From the NCBI GenBank assembly GCA_963707915.1, contig OY970178.1, forward strand, positions 2,272,001 to 2,336,000: a stretch of DNA of 64,000 bases. Reading direction: 5' to 3'. The position numbers were made by a program, and so were the translations under genes. Below, one piece after another: positions 8,087-18,877 of the stretch. The number at the start of each line of letters is the position of its first letter. Position 1 is the first letter of the stretch. This stretch comes from Candidatus Eiseniibacteriota bacterium (GTDB lineage: Bacteria > Eisenbacteria > RBG-16-71-46). The notes below the pieces were generated by a model that saw nothing but the letters and a program-made list of their open reading frames with translations, was not told where the DNA came from and ran no database searches.

Positions 8087-10100
8087 GACGCGCCCCCCGT
8101 CCCGTCCGGGGGCCCGCCGGCCGGGCGGGCCGCCGCCCGCGGGGCGACCGGCGCGGTCCGCCCCGGGCCCGGTTCGCCGCGCGCGTCGGGCATCGGGACC
8201 GCGGCCGGCGCCTCGGCGCCGGGGGCTCGGGCACCCGGCAGGGGATGCGCAGGGTGAAGCACGTGCCGCGGCCGGGCTCGCTCGCGACCGCGATCGAACC
8301 GCCGTGCCCCTCGACGATGCCCCAGGTCACGGCCAGGCCCAGCCCCGTGCCGCGCGCCCCCTTGGTCGTGAAGAAGGGCTCGAACAGCCGGTCCATCTCC
8401 TCCGGCGCGATGCCGCGTCCCGTGTCCTCCACCTCGATCTGCGCGTACGGTTGCGCCCCGACGGCATCCAGCGCCTCCCAGCGGCTGCCGGGACAGCCCT
8501 TGCGCGCGCACCAACTCGCCGCGCCGAGGCGCGCCACCTGCACGCCGAACATCGGCGCCCCGCATTCCGCGCAGCGCCGCTCCGGCAACTCGAGCCGCGC
8601 GCGGCAGGCGGGGCACAGGTAGGCGGCGATGACGCCCTCGTCGCACGGCTGCGACGCGCGGTGGTTCGCGCGGCCGTACACCGGGTCGAGGTGCACGACC
8701 GCCTCGCGGTCCATGACGCGCCGGATCACGCGGATCGCCGGGACCCCGGCGAGCCGCACGTGCGGGTCGAGCAGGTCGCAGCCCTTCGGGCACCGCGCGC
8801 TGCGGATCGTGGCGTTCCCGCGCGGCGGCACCGCCACCGCGGAGGTGCGCACGCGGATCGAACCGCCCGGCGGCGCGTCGTCGCCCGCCATCGCGTCCGC
8901 CGCGTTGAGCAGCAGGTTCACCACGACCTGCTGGACCTGGTTCTCGTCCGCCGGGACCGGCGCGAGATCGGACGCCAGCTCGAGCTCCACGCCGACGTGC
9001 GCCAGCGCCAGCTGGTTGGTGACGATGGTGCGGGCCCGTCGCACGACCTCGTTGAGGTCGGTCGGCACCCGCTTCGGCGGGGTCTGGCGGGCGAAGTCGA
9101 GGAGCCCGCGCACGATCTCGCGACAGCGCTTGGTCTCGCGCACGATGACGTCGAGGTCCGCGCGGGTCTCGGGGTCGTGCTCCGCGCGCTTCTCGAGGAA
9201 CGAGGCGTAGGTCAGCACGCCGGTGAGCGGGTTGTTGATCTCGTGCGCCACGCCGGCGGCGAGCCGGCCGACCGAGGCGAGCTTGTCGGCCTGGGCGAGC
9301 TGGCGCTGCGCCTCGTTCAGCCGGCTCGTCATGTGGTTGAAGGCGCGCGCGAGGTCGCCGAGCTCGTGCCGCGCCGTCGCGGGCACGGCGGTCGAGAGGT
9401 CGCCCTGGGCGACCCGGCGCGTGCTCGCGATGAGCACCGCCACCGGGCGGAGGATCAGCTGGCGGCTCAGCCACCACAGCAGCGCGCTGCTCGCGGCGAT
9501 CGCCAGCACGGCGAGCAGGATCAGGTTGCGCTGGTCGTGCGCGATCTGGCGGTCGGCCTCGGCGAGCGACAGGTTCACGTCGAGGACGCCGAGCACGGAC
9601 TCCCCGCGCGTGTGCGCGTGGCAGTCGGCGGTCCAGCAGCTCGACTGGTTGGCGATCGGCCGGATCATGCCGAGCACGCGGTGCCCGTCGCCGGCGCGGT
9701 AGATGCGGGCGCGGGCGTGGATCGGCAGCCGCTCGAGCGGGCGCCCGGCCGCGTGGCACGCGTAGCAGGCCTCGGCCCGCTTGTCGACCGCGCGGCCGAT
9801 CTCGGCCTCGTCGGAGGAGAACATCACGGTCCCGGTGCCGTTGAAGAGCCGGACCCGCTCGATGCCCTGCTGCCGGCCGATCGTGACGATCTCGCGGTGG
9901 ACCGCCTCCCGGCGGTTCTCGAGCATGTCGTGGTAGGTGCTGCTGGCGATGGTCTCGCTCAGCTGGTCGGCGCTGCGGGTGAGCTGGGCGATGAGCGCCC
10001 CCTGGTGGGCGCGCAGGATGATGACCGACATGACGCCGATCACCGCGGCCGTGACCGCCGCCACGCCCAGGATCGCCAGCGTCCCGATGCCCGCCTTCAA
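8083..10100 (-). CDS. NtrB-type sensor histidine kinase with a heme c sensor domain and a Cys-rich insert, probable 1-bp indel at about 8241-8244
   Basis: TTG start overlaps the NrfD stop. Contains CYACH and CWTADCH, HAMP, VAHEINNPL, NLLLNAADAM, DTGRG, FFTTK and GTGLGL. One more base in the 4-nt homopolymer gives FTLRIPL and a stop overlapping the next ATG. Confidence 0.9.
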
Positions 10101-11280
10101 GGCTTCGCTCCCCGCGGCGCCGGGACCGGACGGCCCGCGGTCGCGCGGCCCGGCCCGGGGAAGACGGGCAGGAAGCGCACCGCGAGCGCGAAGGCGGCGA
10201 ATCCGATGGCGACCAGACCGACGGACACCACGACCTCCATCCAGGTCGGCGCGTAGCGCGTGCCACTGGCCCGTTCGAGACCGGTCACGCTCACGTTGAG
10301 CCGGTGCATGATGAAGCCTAGCACAGCGAAGGCCGCGCCGGTCACGAGCCCGGCGGACGAGTTGCGGACGCGCGGCCAGGCCAGCAGCGCGACCGGCAGC
10401 ACGACGCCCGAGCCCGAACTCGACCAGGAACATCCGTCCCTCGTAGGTCGGGTTGCAGAGCGAGCGGCAGCGCGCCGCTGCGCGCCAGCGCCTGCAGGCG
10501 CAGCACGCCGAACACCGCGAGCACCACGACCATCGCCCGTCCGAGCGGCTCGAGCAGGTCCAGCTCGAGCCGCCGGCCGAAGGCCCGGCCGCTCAGGTGC
10601 GACTCGACGATGATCATCCCGAGCCCGGCGCCGATGGCCGAGACGTAGAACAGCAGCGGCAGCGTCGGCGAGTACCAGAGCGGGTGCAGCTTCTGGGGCA
10701 CGATCAGGTAGAGCGACCCCAGCGAGGACTGGTGCAGCGTGGAGAGCAGCACGCCCGACGATCACCAGCGGGGTGTTCACCCCGTGCAGGATCCGGCGCG
10801 CCCGCTCGAAGCCGAAGCGCTCGAGCACGAGGGGCACGAACTCGAGCGTCAGCACCGTGGTGTAGAGCATCACGCACCAGGCGACCTCGAACATCACCGA
10901 GTGCGGGTTCCAGAACACCATCGCGTGCCAGATGCGCCACGGCTGGCCGAGGTCGAAGAGCAGCGCGAACACCACGAACAGGTAGCCGAGGAACCCGGTC
11001 AGCACCGTGGGGCGCACGATCGGCTCGAAGCGACGGATGTGGAACAGGTGCACGACCGCCATGAGGTGAACGCGCCGGCCGCGAGCCCGACCCCGCAGAG
11101 GATGTCGAAGCCGATCCACAGGCCCCAGGGAACGCGGTCGCTCAGGTGGGTCGTCGCCCCGAGGCCGCGCGTGAAGCGCAGCACCGCGACGACCAGGAAG
11201 AGGCCGAGGAGCGCGAAGAAGACCGCGGTCCAGAACCCGATGCGCGGCCGGCGGGGCGCGGCTTCGAGCGTGGCGCTCAT
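10097..11280 (-). CDS. NrfD/PsrC/HybB-family membrane subunit, split by about 4 indels
   Basis: Segments in successive frames: GLGATTHLSDRVPWGLWIGFD, DLGQPWRIWH..SVMFEVAWC, STLHQSSLGSL..LHPLW and HRLNVS. Confidence 0.88.
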
Positions 11281-12060
11281 GGTCCCGGCCGCTCGTCGCG
11301 GCGCGGCCCGGCGGGCGGCTCGACCGGGGCGTCGGGGGCCTCGCTCCGGCGGACCTCCGCGCGGCGGCTGGTGATCCAGTGGATGCCGAAGAGGGACACG
11401 GCCGCGACCGTGACGATGTCGGGCAGCTGCGAGAGCACCTGCCAGGTGAGCGCGGGCAGCGGCTCGCGCGGCAGGCCGTCCGGCAGGCCGAGTCGCGCGA
11501 ACGGCACCCCGGCCAGCAGGAGCACCGCCGTGCCGCCGGCTTCGTCGAGCCCGTAGATGCGGTCCACGTAGCGCGCCGGGGCGTGCGCGATCCGGTCGCG
11601 CGCCTCGCGAATCAACGCCGCGCGCTCGCCGCTGAGGGTCGCGCCCGTCGGGCAGACCTGGGCACAGGCCACCGGCTGGCCGGCGGCGAGCCGCGGTGCG
11701 CACATCACGCACTTGCCCACCAGCGGGACCGGACGGTCCCACTGGTACTTCGGGACGTCGAACGGGCACGCCATGATGCAGTAGCGGCAGCCGATGCACA
11801 GCTTCGAGTCGTAGATCACCGGCCCCGCGGCCGTCTTCTTCATCGCGCCCGACCGGGCACACCGAAGCGCAGGTCGGCGTGAGGCAGTGCATGCAGAGGC
11901 GGCGCACGTTCACCCCGGCCCGTCGCTCGACGACGGTCCAGGTGTAGGCCGTGGTCTGCGGCTCGATCCGGTGGGGCAGGCCGTTCTGCTCCTTGCACGC
12001 CGCCGAGCAGGCGCCGCAGCCGATGCAGCGCGTCGAGTCGAACAGGATCCCCCGGCTCAC
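11277..12060 (-). CDS. 4Fe-4S dicluster subunit (HybA/NrfC-like) with a C-terminal TM, indel at about 11848
   Basis: CIGCGACSAAC, CMHCLTPTCASVCP, CIGCRYCIMACP and KCVMC..ACAQVCP. Confidence 0.9.
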
Positions 12061-12776
12061 GGCCGGGCCCCGGGCTCGGCGTGGCAGCGCGAACAGGCGT
12101 CCGGGTCGGCCGCGGCGAAGGCCTGCTTGCCGTCGTGGCAGGCCCCGCACGCCGCGCGCTCGTGCATCCCGCCACCCGGCCGGGGAGACGTGAAGGTCAT
12201 CTTGAAGGGCTTCGGATGGCATCGCGCGCAGCCGCCCGCGCCGAGCAGGTGCGGCTCGTGCCGGAAGGTGACCACCCCGGGGGAGGCGTCGCTCGCGGGA
12301 TAGGCATGCGGTCCCGGCAGGCGGCGGGCAGCGGTCCCGGCCAGGTCCCGGGCGCCCGCGGCGGTCAGGCCGGGCAGAGGACCGGTGTGGCAGGTGCGGC
12401 ACTTGCCGGAATCCAGGACCCCGAACGCCTGCTTCCCGTCGTGACACATGCCGCAGCCCCCTCCAGCGTTCATGTCCCGATGCGCCTGGGCTGGCCCCCT
12501 GCGCAGGATGGGGAACGGTCGAAGATGGCAGCCCGTGCACCGGTTCCCGGCGAACGCCACGTGGCTCTGGTGGCTGAAGACCACCGCGCTATCCGAGCCA
12601 ACGACAAAGTCATAGACGATGTCGGCGGGCAGGCGCAGCGCCGCGGGGGCAACTCGCGCCGAATCGCGCGCGCCCCGCTCGGCGCCGGGCGCGACCGCTG
12701 GACCCATGAATTGCGCTGCGAGCAGGACCGCCCATGCGCACCAGGCACGCAGGATGCGGCAGGAGGGTGAACCCAA
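12057..12776 (-). CDS. Periplasmic hexaheme cytochrome c (two c7-like triheme domains)
   Basis: Six CxxCH motifs (CTGCH, CGMCH, CRTCH, CARCH, CGACH, CSRCH). The VxFxHxxH and CHDGKQAF elements are duplicated. Signal peptide and AAGGAG RBS present. Confidence 0.9.
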   Translation of the reverse strand: MGSPSCRILRAWCAWAVLLAAQFMGPAVAPGAERGARDSARVAPAALRLPADIVYDFVVGSDSAVVFSHQSHVAFAGNRCTGCHLRPFPILRRGPAQAHRDMNAGGGCGMCHDGKQAFGVLDSGKCRTCHTGPLPGLTAAGARDLAGTAARRLPGPHAYPASDASPGVVTFRHEPHLLGAGGCARCHPKPFKMTFTSPRPGGGMHERAACGACHDGKQAFAAADPDACSRCHAEPGARP

Positions 12777-12813
12777 GGAATCTCCTTCCCGACCAGGATG
12801 AGTATTACTACGG

Positions 12814-12842
12814 ATGGTAGCGTCCCTTTACTTCCGTGTGAA
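12814..12842 (-). promoter_or_regulatory. Putative sigma70 promoter of the cytochrome cluster
   Basis: Minus strand TTCACA-17 bp-TACCAT in an AT-richer patch. Confidence 0.5.
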
Positions 12843-12992
12843 GTGACAACTCCGAGTCGGGGCCGATGAGCCGTGCCGGGCCCCGCCAGGGCCCGGCGGC
12901 AAGGAGGATCACGGGGTTCCCCGGGGGTGAACCGGCCTCGAGCGTCCGGCGGCGACCGCGCCGGAGCCGATCGGCAGGTGGCAGAGAACCCC

Positions 12993-13021
12993 TTGACAGC
13001 CCCGGGGGGCGGAACAATGCT
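12993..13021 (+). promoter_or_regulatory. Putative sigma70 promoter of ncRNA copy 2
   Basis: TTGACA-17 bp-AATGCT, 4 nt before the conserved GGTGACGCC 5' end. Confidence 0.65.
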
Positions 13022-13025
13022 CTTT

Positions 13026-13210
13026 GGTGACGCCACGACGCAGAGATTTCGGCGTTAGGTCACCCCCCACGTTTCGAGTGGGGTCGGGCCGGCAGCGGGC
13101 TCCCGTGCGGGCCCCTCGGCCATCACTGCGAACGACGCCGGTTGAGCGCCACCCCGGGACACGGATGCATTGGAGAGTCCCTGAGCGACGAGCGATCGGC
13201 GTCGACTATT
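13026..13210 (+). ncRNA. Candidate structured ncRNA, copy 2 (family not recognised)
   Basis: Homologous to 6247-6432 at an offset of 6779, including a 40-nt identical block. The next gene is convergent. Confidence 0.7.
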
Positions 13211-13314
13211 GGGGGCGCACCGCCGGGAGCATCCCCCGGGGATCCCCGGCCACCACGGGGGCTCGCAGCTGACGCCGGTCCGCGCCCCGCGGGGGCGCGC
13301 CGCTCTGCCGCCGG

Positions 13315-13884
13315 TTACAGCCCCAACTCGCCCCGGATACCCCGAAGCGCCTCGAGCGTGGTGGCGATGTGCGAGTCGAGCTCGACCCCCAGCTCGGCCG
13401 CGCCCCGGACGATGTCCTCGCGGCTCACGTTCCGGGCGAAGTCGGCGCGCTTCATCTTCTTCCTGACCCCCGCCACCTCGACCTCGTCGAGCGACTTGTG
13501 CGGCGTGATGAGCGCGCAGGCCACCAGGAAGCCGCACAGCTCGTCACAGGCGTAGAGCACCCGCGCCATCGGCGTCCCGCGCGGCACCCCGGTGTGGGTC
13601 GCGTGACCGAGCACCGCCTGGCAGATGTCCTCCGGCCAGCCCAGCCCGCGCAGCACCTTCACCCCCTCGAGCGGATGGCGCTCGGCGTCGGGGTGACGCT
13701 CCCAGTCGAAGTCGTGGACCAGGCCGGCCAGTCCCCAGCGCTCCTCGTCGGCGCCCAGCAGGCGCGCGTGGTGACGCATCGCGGCCTCGACCGCCAGGCA
13801 GTGCTTGCGCAGGTTCGGGTTCTGGATCCACTCGTGCAGCAGCGCGAGCGCCTGCTCGCGGGTGGGAAGGGCGGGGTCGCTCAC
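13315..13884 (-). CDS. HDIG/HD-domain metal-dependent phosphohydrolase
   Basis: LRKHCLAVEAAM, GLVHDFD, ACDELCG and FARNVSRE. Confidence 0.9.
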   Translation of the reverse strand: MSDPALPTREQALALLHEWIQNPNLRKHCLAVEAAMRHHARLLGADEERWGLAGLVHDFDWERHPDAERHPLEGVKVLRGLGWPEDICQAVLGHATHTGVPRGTPMARVLYACDELCGFLVACALITPHKSLDEVEVAGVRKKMKRADFARNVSREDIVRGAAELGVELDSHIATTLEALRGIRGELGL

Positions 13885-13938
13885 GGTACGGTCCTCAGGA
13901 GGCGGGCGGCGCGGTGCCCGGCGGTGCAGCGGATCCGC

Positions 13939-14178
13939 TCACTTGTCGTCGAAGAAGGCGCGGTTCTTCTCGATGTAGTCCACCCACTTCTCGGGCACGC
14001 TGCTGTCCGGGAAGATGGCCTGCACCGGGCACGCGGCCTCGCACGCCTGGCAATCGATGCATTCGTCGGGATGGATGTAGAACTGGTCCTCGCCCTCGTA
14101 GATGCAGTTGACCGGGCAGACCTCGACGCAGGACTTGTCCTTCACGCCGATGCAGGGCTCCGCGATGACGAACGGCAT
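13939..14178 (-). CDS. 7Fe-type ferredoxin
   Basis: CIGVKDKSCVEVCPVNCI..IHPDECIDCQACEAACP. Confidence 0.95.
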   Translation of the reverse strand: MPFVIAEPCIGVKDKSCVEVCPVNCIYEGEDQFYIHPDECIDCQACEAACPVQAIFPDSSVPEKWVDYIEKNRAFFDDK

Positions 14179-14451
14179 TCACTCCTCCGACCCGGCCCGG
14201 GAACCGCCCTCGGTGGGCGCTGCGGGACGGGGCTCGCGGCCGCGGCGGGTGGCGGGCGGCGCGCCGACGGCCCGCGACGCCCGGAAGACTCCCGGGAAAG
14301 TGGGCGGCAGTCTAGCCGCGCCATCCCCGGGCCGCAACCGGAGGGGCCCACCCGCATCTCAGAGAAGGCGTATGCTCGGGCCGTCCCGCACGGGCGGCCC
14401 GTGCGGCAAGCGCCCGCAGCACCGGCCGCGCCCCCACCCCAGAGAGGTTCC

Positions 14452-15633
14452 ATGAACGCCACGCCTCCCGACCTTTCGAGCCTGCGCATCCAGCGTGACG
14501 ATCCCGCCCGGGTCCCGGGCGGCGGACGCCGCCGCGGCTGGCTTGTCGCCGCGATCGTCGTCGTCGTGCTGGTGGCGGCCGGCTTCGCGCTGCGTTCCCG
14601 GCCCCCGCAGGTCCAGGCGGCGACCGTGGCGGTGAGCGGCGGCCCCGGCGCCGCCGGCGATGGCATCACCGCCAACGGCTACGTCGTCGCGCGCACCAAG
14701 GCCTCGGTCGCGGCCAAGCTCTCGGGCCAGCTCGAGTTCCTGGGCGTCAGCGAGGGCTCGCATCTGCGCCGCGGCGAGGTGCTCGCCCGCATCGAGAGCG
14801 GGGACCAGCAGGCCGCGCTGGCGCAGGCGCGGGCGGCGCAGGCGCAGGCGCAGGCGAGCCTGGAGCAGGGCCGGCGCGACCTCGAGCGCGCGCAGCGCCT
14901 CGCCACCGAGCAGGTGCTCTCCCCCGCGGACCTCGAGACCGCGCGGACGCACGTGGACGTACTCGACGCCCAGCTGGGCCAGGCCCGCGCGCAGGTGCAG
15001 CTCGCCGAGGTGAACCTCGAGAACACCCGCGTCCGCGCGCCCTTCGACGGCACCGTGCTGCGCAAGGACGCCGAGGTGGGCGAGATCGTGGCGCCCGCCT
15101 CCGCCGGGGGATCCCTCACGCGCACCTCCATCGTGACCATGGCGGACCTCGCCACGCTCGAGGTCGAGGTGGACGTGAACGAGGCCTACATCGCGCAGAT
15201 CCACAACGGCCACTCCGCGCAGATCACGCTGGACGCCTACCCCGACACGTCGTTCGCGGGACGCGTGCGGCAGGTGGTCCCCACCGCCGACCGCCAGAAG
15301 GCGACGGTGCTGGTCAAGGTCTCGATCCTCGACCGCGACCCGCGCATCCTGCCCGAGATGGGCGCCCGGGTGGTCTTCCGGCGCGAGCCGGACCGCGCGG
15401 GCACCGCGCCGCGCCGCGTGCTGGTGCCGGGAGACGCGGTCGTGCGCTCGGGCGCCGCGGCCGGCGTCTGGGTGATCGACGGCGACCGGGTGGCCATGCG
15501 CACCGTGGTCCTCGGCGCCGCGCGCGGCGCCGACCTCGAGGTGCGCGACGGGCTCACCGGCGGGGAGCGCGTCGTGTTGCGCCCGCCCGCCCGGCTCCGA
15601 CCGGGTGCGCGCGTGCGCGTCCCGGCTTCCTAG
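14452..15633 (+). CDS. Efflux periplasmic adaptor subunit
   Basis: TM segment, ANGYVVAR, RAPFDGTVL, EVEVDVNE and PTADRQKATV. Confidence 0.9.
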   Translation: MNATPPDLSSLRIQRDDPARVPGGGRRRGWLVAAIVVVVLVAAGFALRSRPPQVQAATVAVSGGPGAAGDGITANGYVVARTKASVAAKLSGQLEFLGVSEGSHLRRGEVLARIESGDQQAALAQARAAQAQAQASLEQGRRDLERAQRLATEQVLSPADLETARTHVDVLDAQLGQARAQVQLAEVNLENTRVRAPFDGTVLRKDAEVGEIVAPASAGGSLTRTSIVTMADLATLEVEVDVNEAYIAQIHNGHSAQITLDAYPDTSFAGRVRQVVPTADRQKATVLVKVSILDRDPRILPEMGARVVFRREPDRAGTAPRRVLVPGDAVVRSGAAAGVWVIDGDRVAMRTVVLGAARGADLEVRDGLTGGERVVLRPPARLRPGARVRVPAS

Positions 15634-15641
15634 GAGCGCGC

Positions 15642-16313
<672 letters not shown>

Positions 16314-16316
16314 CCC

Positions 16317-17603
16317 ATGCCACGTTCCCTGCTCCCGCTCGCCGTCCTGGCCCTGGTGCCGCTCCTGCTGTGGGGCGTGGCGAAGCTCTCGGACCGCCTG
16401 CAGCGCCGGCTGACGCTCTCGCCCGTCCTGCTGGTCTTCGTCAACCTGAGCCGCAACAAGCTGCGCACGCTGCTCACGACGCTGAGCGTGGCGGTGGCGC
16501 TGTTCCTGTTCAGCGCCCTGGGCGGCGTGCTCGACACGATCTCCGACTCCATCCGGATCGGCAGCGAGACGCGGATCATCACGCGCAACGCCATCGCGCT
16601 GGTCTTCCCCCTGCCGCTCTCCTACCTCGAGCGCCTGCGCACGGTGCCCGGCGTGCGGGCGGTGAGCTGGTCGAACTGGTTCGGCGGGCGCGACCCGGTG
16701 AACCGGCGCAACTTCTTCCCGCGGTTCGCCGTGGATGCCGGCACGTTCTTCCCCATGTACGCGAACGACCTCGACATCGTGCAGGCCTCCCCCGCGTCCG
16801 GCAGCGCGCCGCCCGGCGTCGATCCCAAGCTCGCGTCGTTCCTCGAGGAGCGGACCGCCTGCGTGGTGGGCGAGGACCTGCTCCGGAAGCAGGGCTGGAA
16901 GCTGGGCCAGACCATCCGGCTCGACGGCACGATCTACCCGGGCTCGTGGGAGTTCACCATCCGCGCGGTCTACCGCCCGAAGTCCAAGTCGTTCTACGGC
17001 GAGTCCATGTACTTCGACTGGAAGTACCTCTACGAGAACAGCGGGCGGCAGGCGGGCGTCGGCGTCTACTACCTGAGCCTCGACGACCCCGGGCGCGCGG
17101 CGGACGTCGCCCGGCAGGTGGACGCGATGTTCGAGAACTCCTCGGCCGCCACCCACACCGAGAGCGAGCAGGCGTTCCAGGCCGGCTTCGTCTCCTACTA
17201 CGGCAACCTGCCCTTCGTGCTCCGCGTCATCGGGCTGGCGGTGGTCTTCGCCATCCTGCTGGTGGCGGCGAACACGATGGCCATGGCGGTCCGCGAGCGC
17301 ACCGCCGAGGTGGCGGTGCTCAAGACCCTGGGCTTCGGCGACGGCACGATCTTCCGCATCGTGCTGGCCGAGGGCGCGCTGATCACGCTGGGCGGCGGCC
17401 TGCTCGGGGCGCTGCTCGCGAAGCTGCTCATCGACACCTCGGGCTTCAACGCGGGAGGGCTGCTGCCGCCGATGCGCGTGCACTGGGCCACGGTGATGAC
17501 CGCCGTCGCCGCGGCCGCGCTCGTCGGCGCGGCGAGCGGGCTGCTCCCCGCCTGGCAGGCCTCGCGCATGCGCATCGTCGACGCCCTGCGGCGGGTGGAG
17601 TGA
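16317..17603 (+). CDS. ABC transporter permease (MacB/FtsX family)
   Basis: RNKLRTLLT and [22 protein letters not shown]. Confidence 0.92.
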   Translation: MPRSLLPLAVLALVPLLLWGVAKLSDRLQRRLTLSPVLLVFVNLSRNKLRTLLTTLSVAVALFLFSALGGVLDTISDSIRIGSETRIITRNAIALVFPLPLSYLERLRTVPGVRAVSWSNWFGGRDPVNRRNFFPRFAVDAGTFFPMYANDLDIVQASPASGSAPPGVDPKLASFLEERTACVVGEDLLRKQGWKLGQTIRLDGTIYPGSWEFTIRAVYRPKSKSFYGESMYFDWKYLYENSGRQAGVGVYYLSLDDPGRAADVARQVDAMFENSSAATHTESEQAFQAGFVSYYGNLPFVLRVIGLAVVFAILLVAANTMAMAVRERTAEVAVLKTLGFGDGTIFRIVLAEGALITLGGGLLGALLAKLLIDTSGFNAGGLLPPMRVHWATVMTAVAAAALVGAASGLLPAWQASRMRIVDALRRVE

Positions 17604-17605
17604 CC

Positions 17606-18772
17606 ATGGCGCTGCCGCTCTCCTATCACCTGCGCAACGTGTCGCAGCGCCCGGTCTCCACGCTCACCACCGCGATCGGGGTCGGCCTCACGATCGCCAT
17701 CTTCATCGGCGCCCTGTCGCTCGCCGCCGGGTTCCGCGCGGCGCTCGTGCGGACCGGCTCGCCCGACAACCTCGTCGTGCTGCGCAAGGGCGCCGACACC
17801 GAGATCGCCAGCGGCATCTCGCGAGAGACCGCCGCCATCCTGCACGCCTACGGCGAGGTCGCCGCCGACGCGCAGTCGCGGCCGCTGGTGAGCCCCGAGG
17901 TCGTGGTGGTCAACAACCGGCGTCGTCTCGGGCAGCCCGGCAACTCGAACCTCACGGTGCGCGGCATCGACCGCGAGGCCCGGGTCCTGCGACCCGGCGT
18001 GCGGATCGTCGCGGGCCGCTGGTTCGCGCCCGGCGCCGCCGAGATCGTCGTCGGCCGCCGCATCGCGACCCGCTTCGAGGGCTGCCAGCTCGGCGACCGC
18101 GTCCGCTTCGGACAGCGCGACTTCACCGTGGTCGGCCGGTTCAGCGCGAACGGCGCCGCCTTCGAGTCGGAGATCTGGGGCGACAACGAGGTGCTGATGC
18201 CCGTGTTCCGCGGCGGGGTCTTCCAGAGCGTGACCTTCCGCATGCGGGACCCCGCGCGTTTCGACGCCATCCGGCGCGAGCTGGAGGGCGACCCGCGCCT
18301 CGGCGTCGACGTTCAGCGCGAGAGCGACTTCTACGCGAAGCAGTCCGAGACCCTGGTGAACCTGATCCGCGTCCTGGGCGGGTTCATCACGGTCATCATG
18401 GCGGTCGGCGCGATCTTCGGCGCCATGAACACCATGTTCGCCGCGGTCGGCGCGCGCACGCGCGAGATCGCCACGCTGCTGGTGCTGGGCTTCAGCCCGC
18501 TATCGATCCTCGTCTCGTTCATGATCGAGTCGGTGATCCTCTCGCTGTTCGGCGGCGTGATCGGCTGCCTCATGGCGCTGCCCCTGAACCGCATCGTGAC
18601 CAGCACCACGAACTTCTCGTCCTTCAGCGAGCTGGCCTTCGGCTTCCGCGTCACCCCCGGCATCCTCCTCACCGGGCTCGCCGCGGCCGTGGTGATGGGC
18701 CTGGTGGGCGGCTTCCTGCCCGCGCTCAAGGCCTCCCGCCAGCCGCTCGCCGCCGCGCTGCGCGGCGGCTGA
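17606..18772 (+). CDS. ABC transporter permease (MacB/FtsX family)
   Basis: GAMNTMFAAVGARTREIATLLVLGF, with four predicted TM segments. Confidence 0.92.
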   Translation: MALPLSYHLRNVSQRPVSTLTTAIGVGLTIAIFIGALSLAAGFRAALVRTGSPDNLVVLRKGADTEIASGISRETAAILHAYGEVAADAQSRPLVSPEVVVVNNRRRLGQPGNSNLTVRGIDREARVLRPGVRIVAGRWFAPGAAEIVVGRRIATRFEGCQLGDRVRFGQRDFTVVGRFSANGAAFESEIWGDNEVLMPVFRGGVFQSVTFRMRDPARFDAIRRELEGDPRLGVDVQRESDFYAKQSETLVNLIRVLGGFITVIMAVGAIFGAMNTMFAAVGARTREIATLLVLGFSPLSILVSFMIESVILSLFGGVIGCLMALPLNRIVTSTTNFSSFSELAFGFRVTPGILLTGLAAAVVMGLVGGFLPALKASRQPLAAALRGG

Positions 18773-18877
18773 GCCCGGCCCCCGCGCCCGGACCCGCATC
18801 CTCCGCGCCCGGCGGGCCATCCCTGCGTGCGGGATCGGCGGCCCGCGGGCCCCCTCCGGCTGCGGCAGAATGGCGGC

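Noticed and set aside
403..10256. Very long antisense or alternate-frame ORFs (for example 403-2670, 6912-10256, and many similar ones across the window)
   Set aside because: These are shadow ORFs expected at this GC content. They overlap well-supported genes and lack recognisable motifs.
13026..13210. Minus-strand riboswitch controlling the cytochrome operon
   Set aside because: G-U pairs and promoters favour the + strand, the operon has its own closer promoter, and copy 1 has no gene to lead on either strand.
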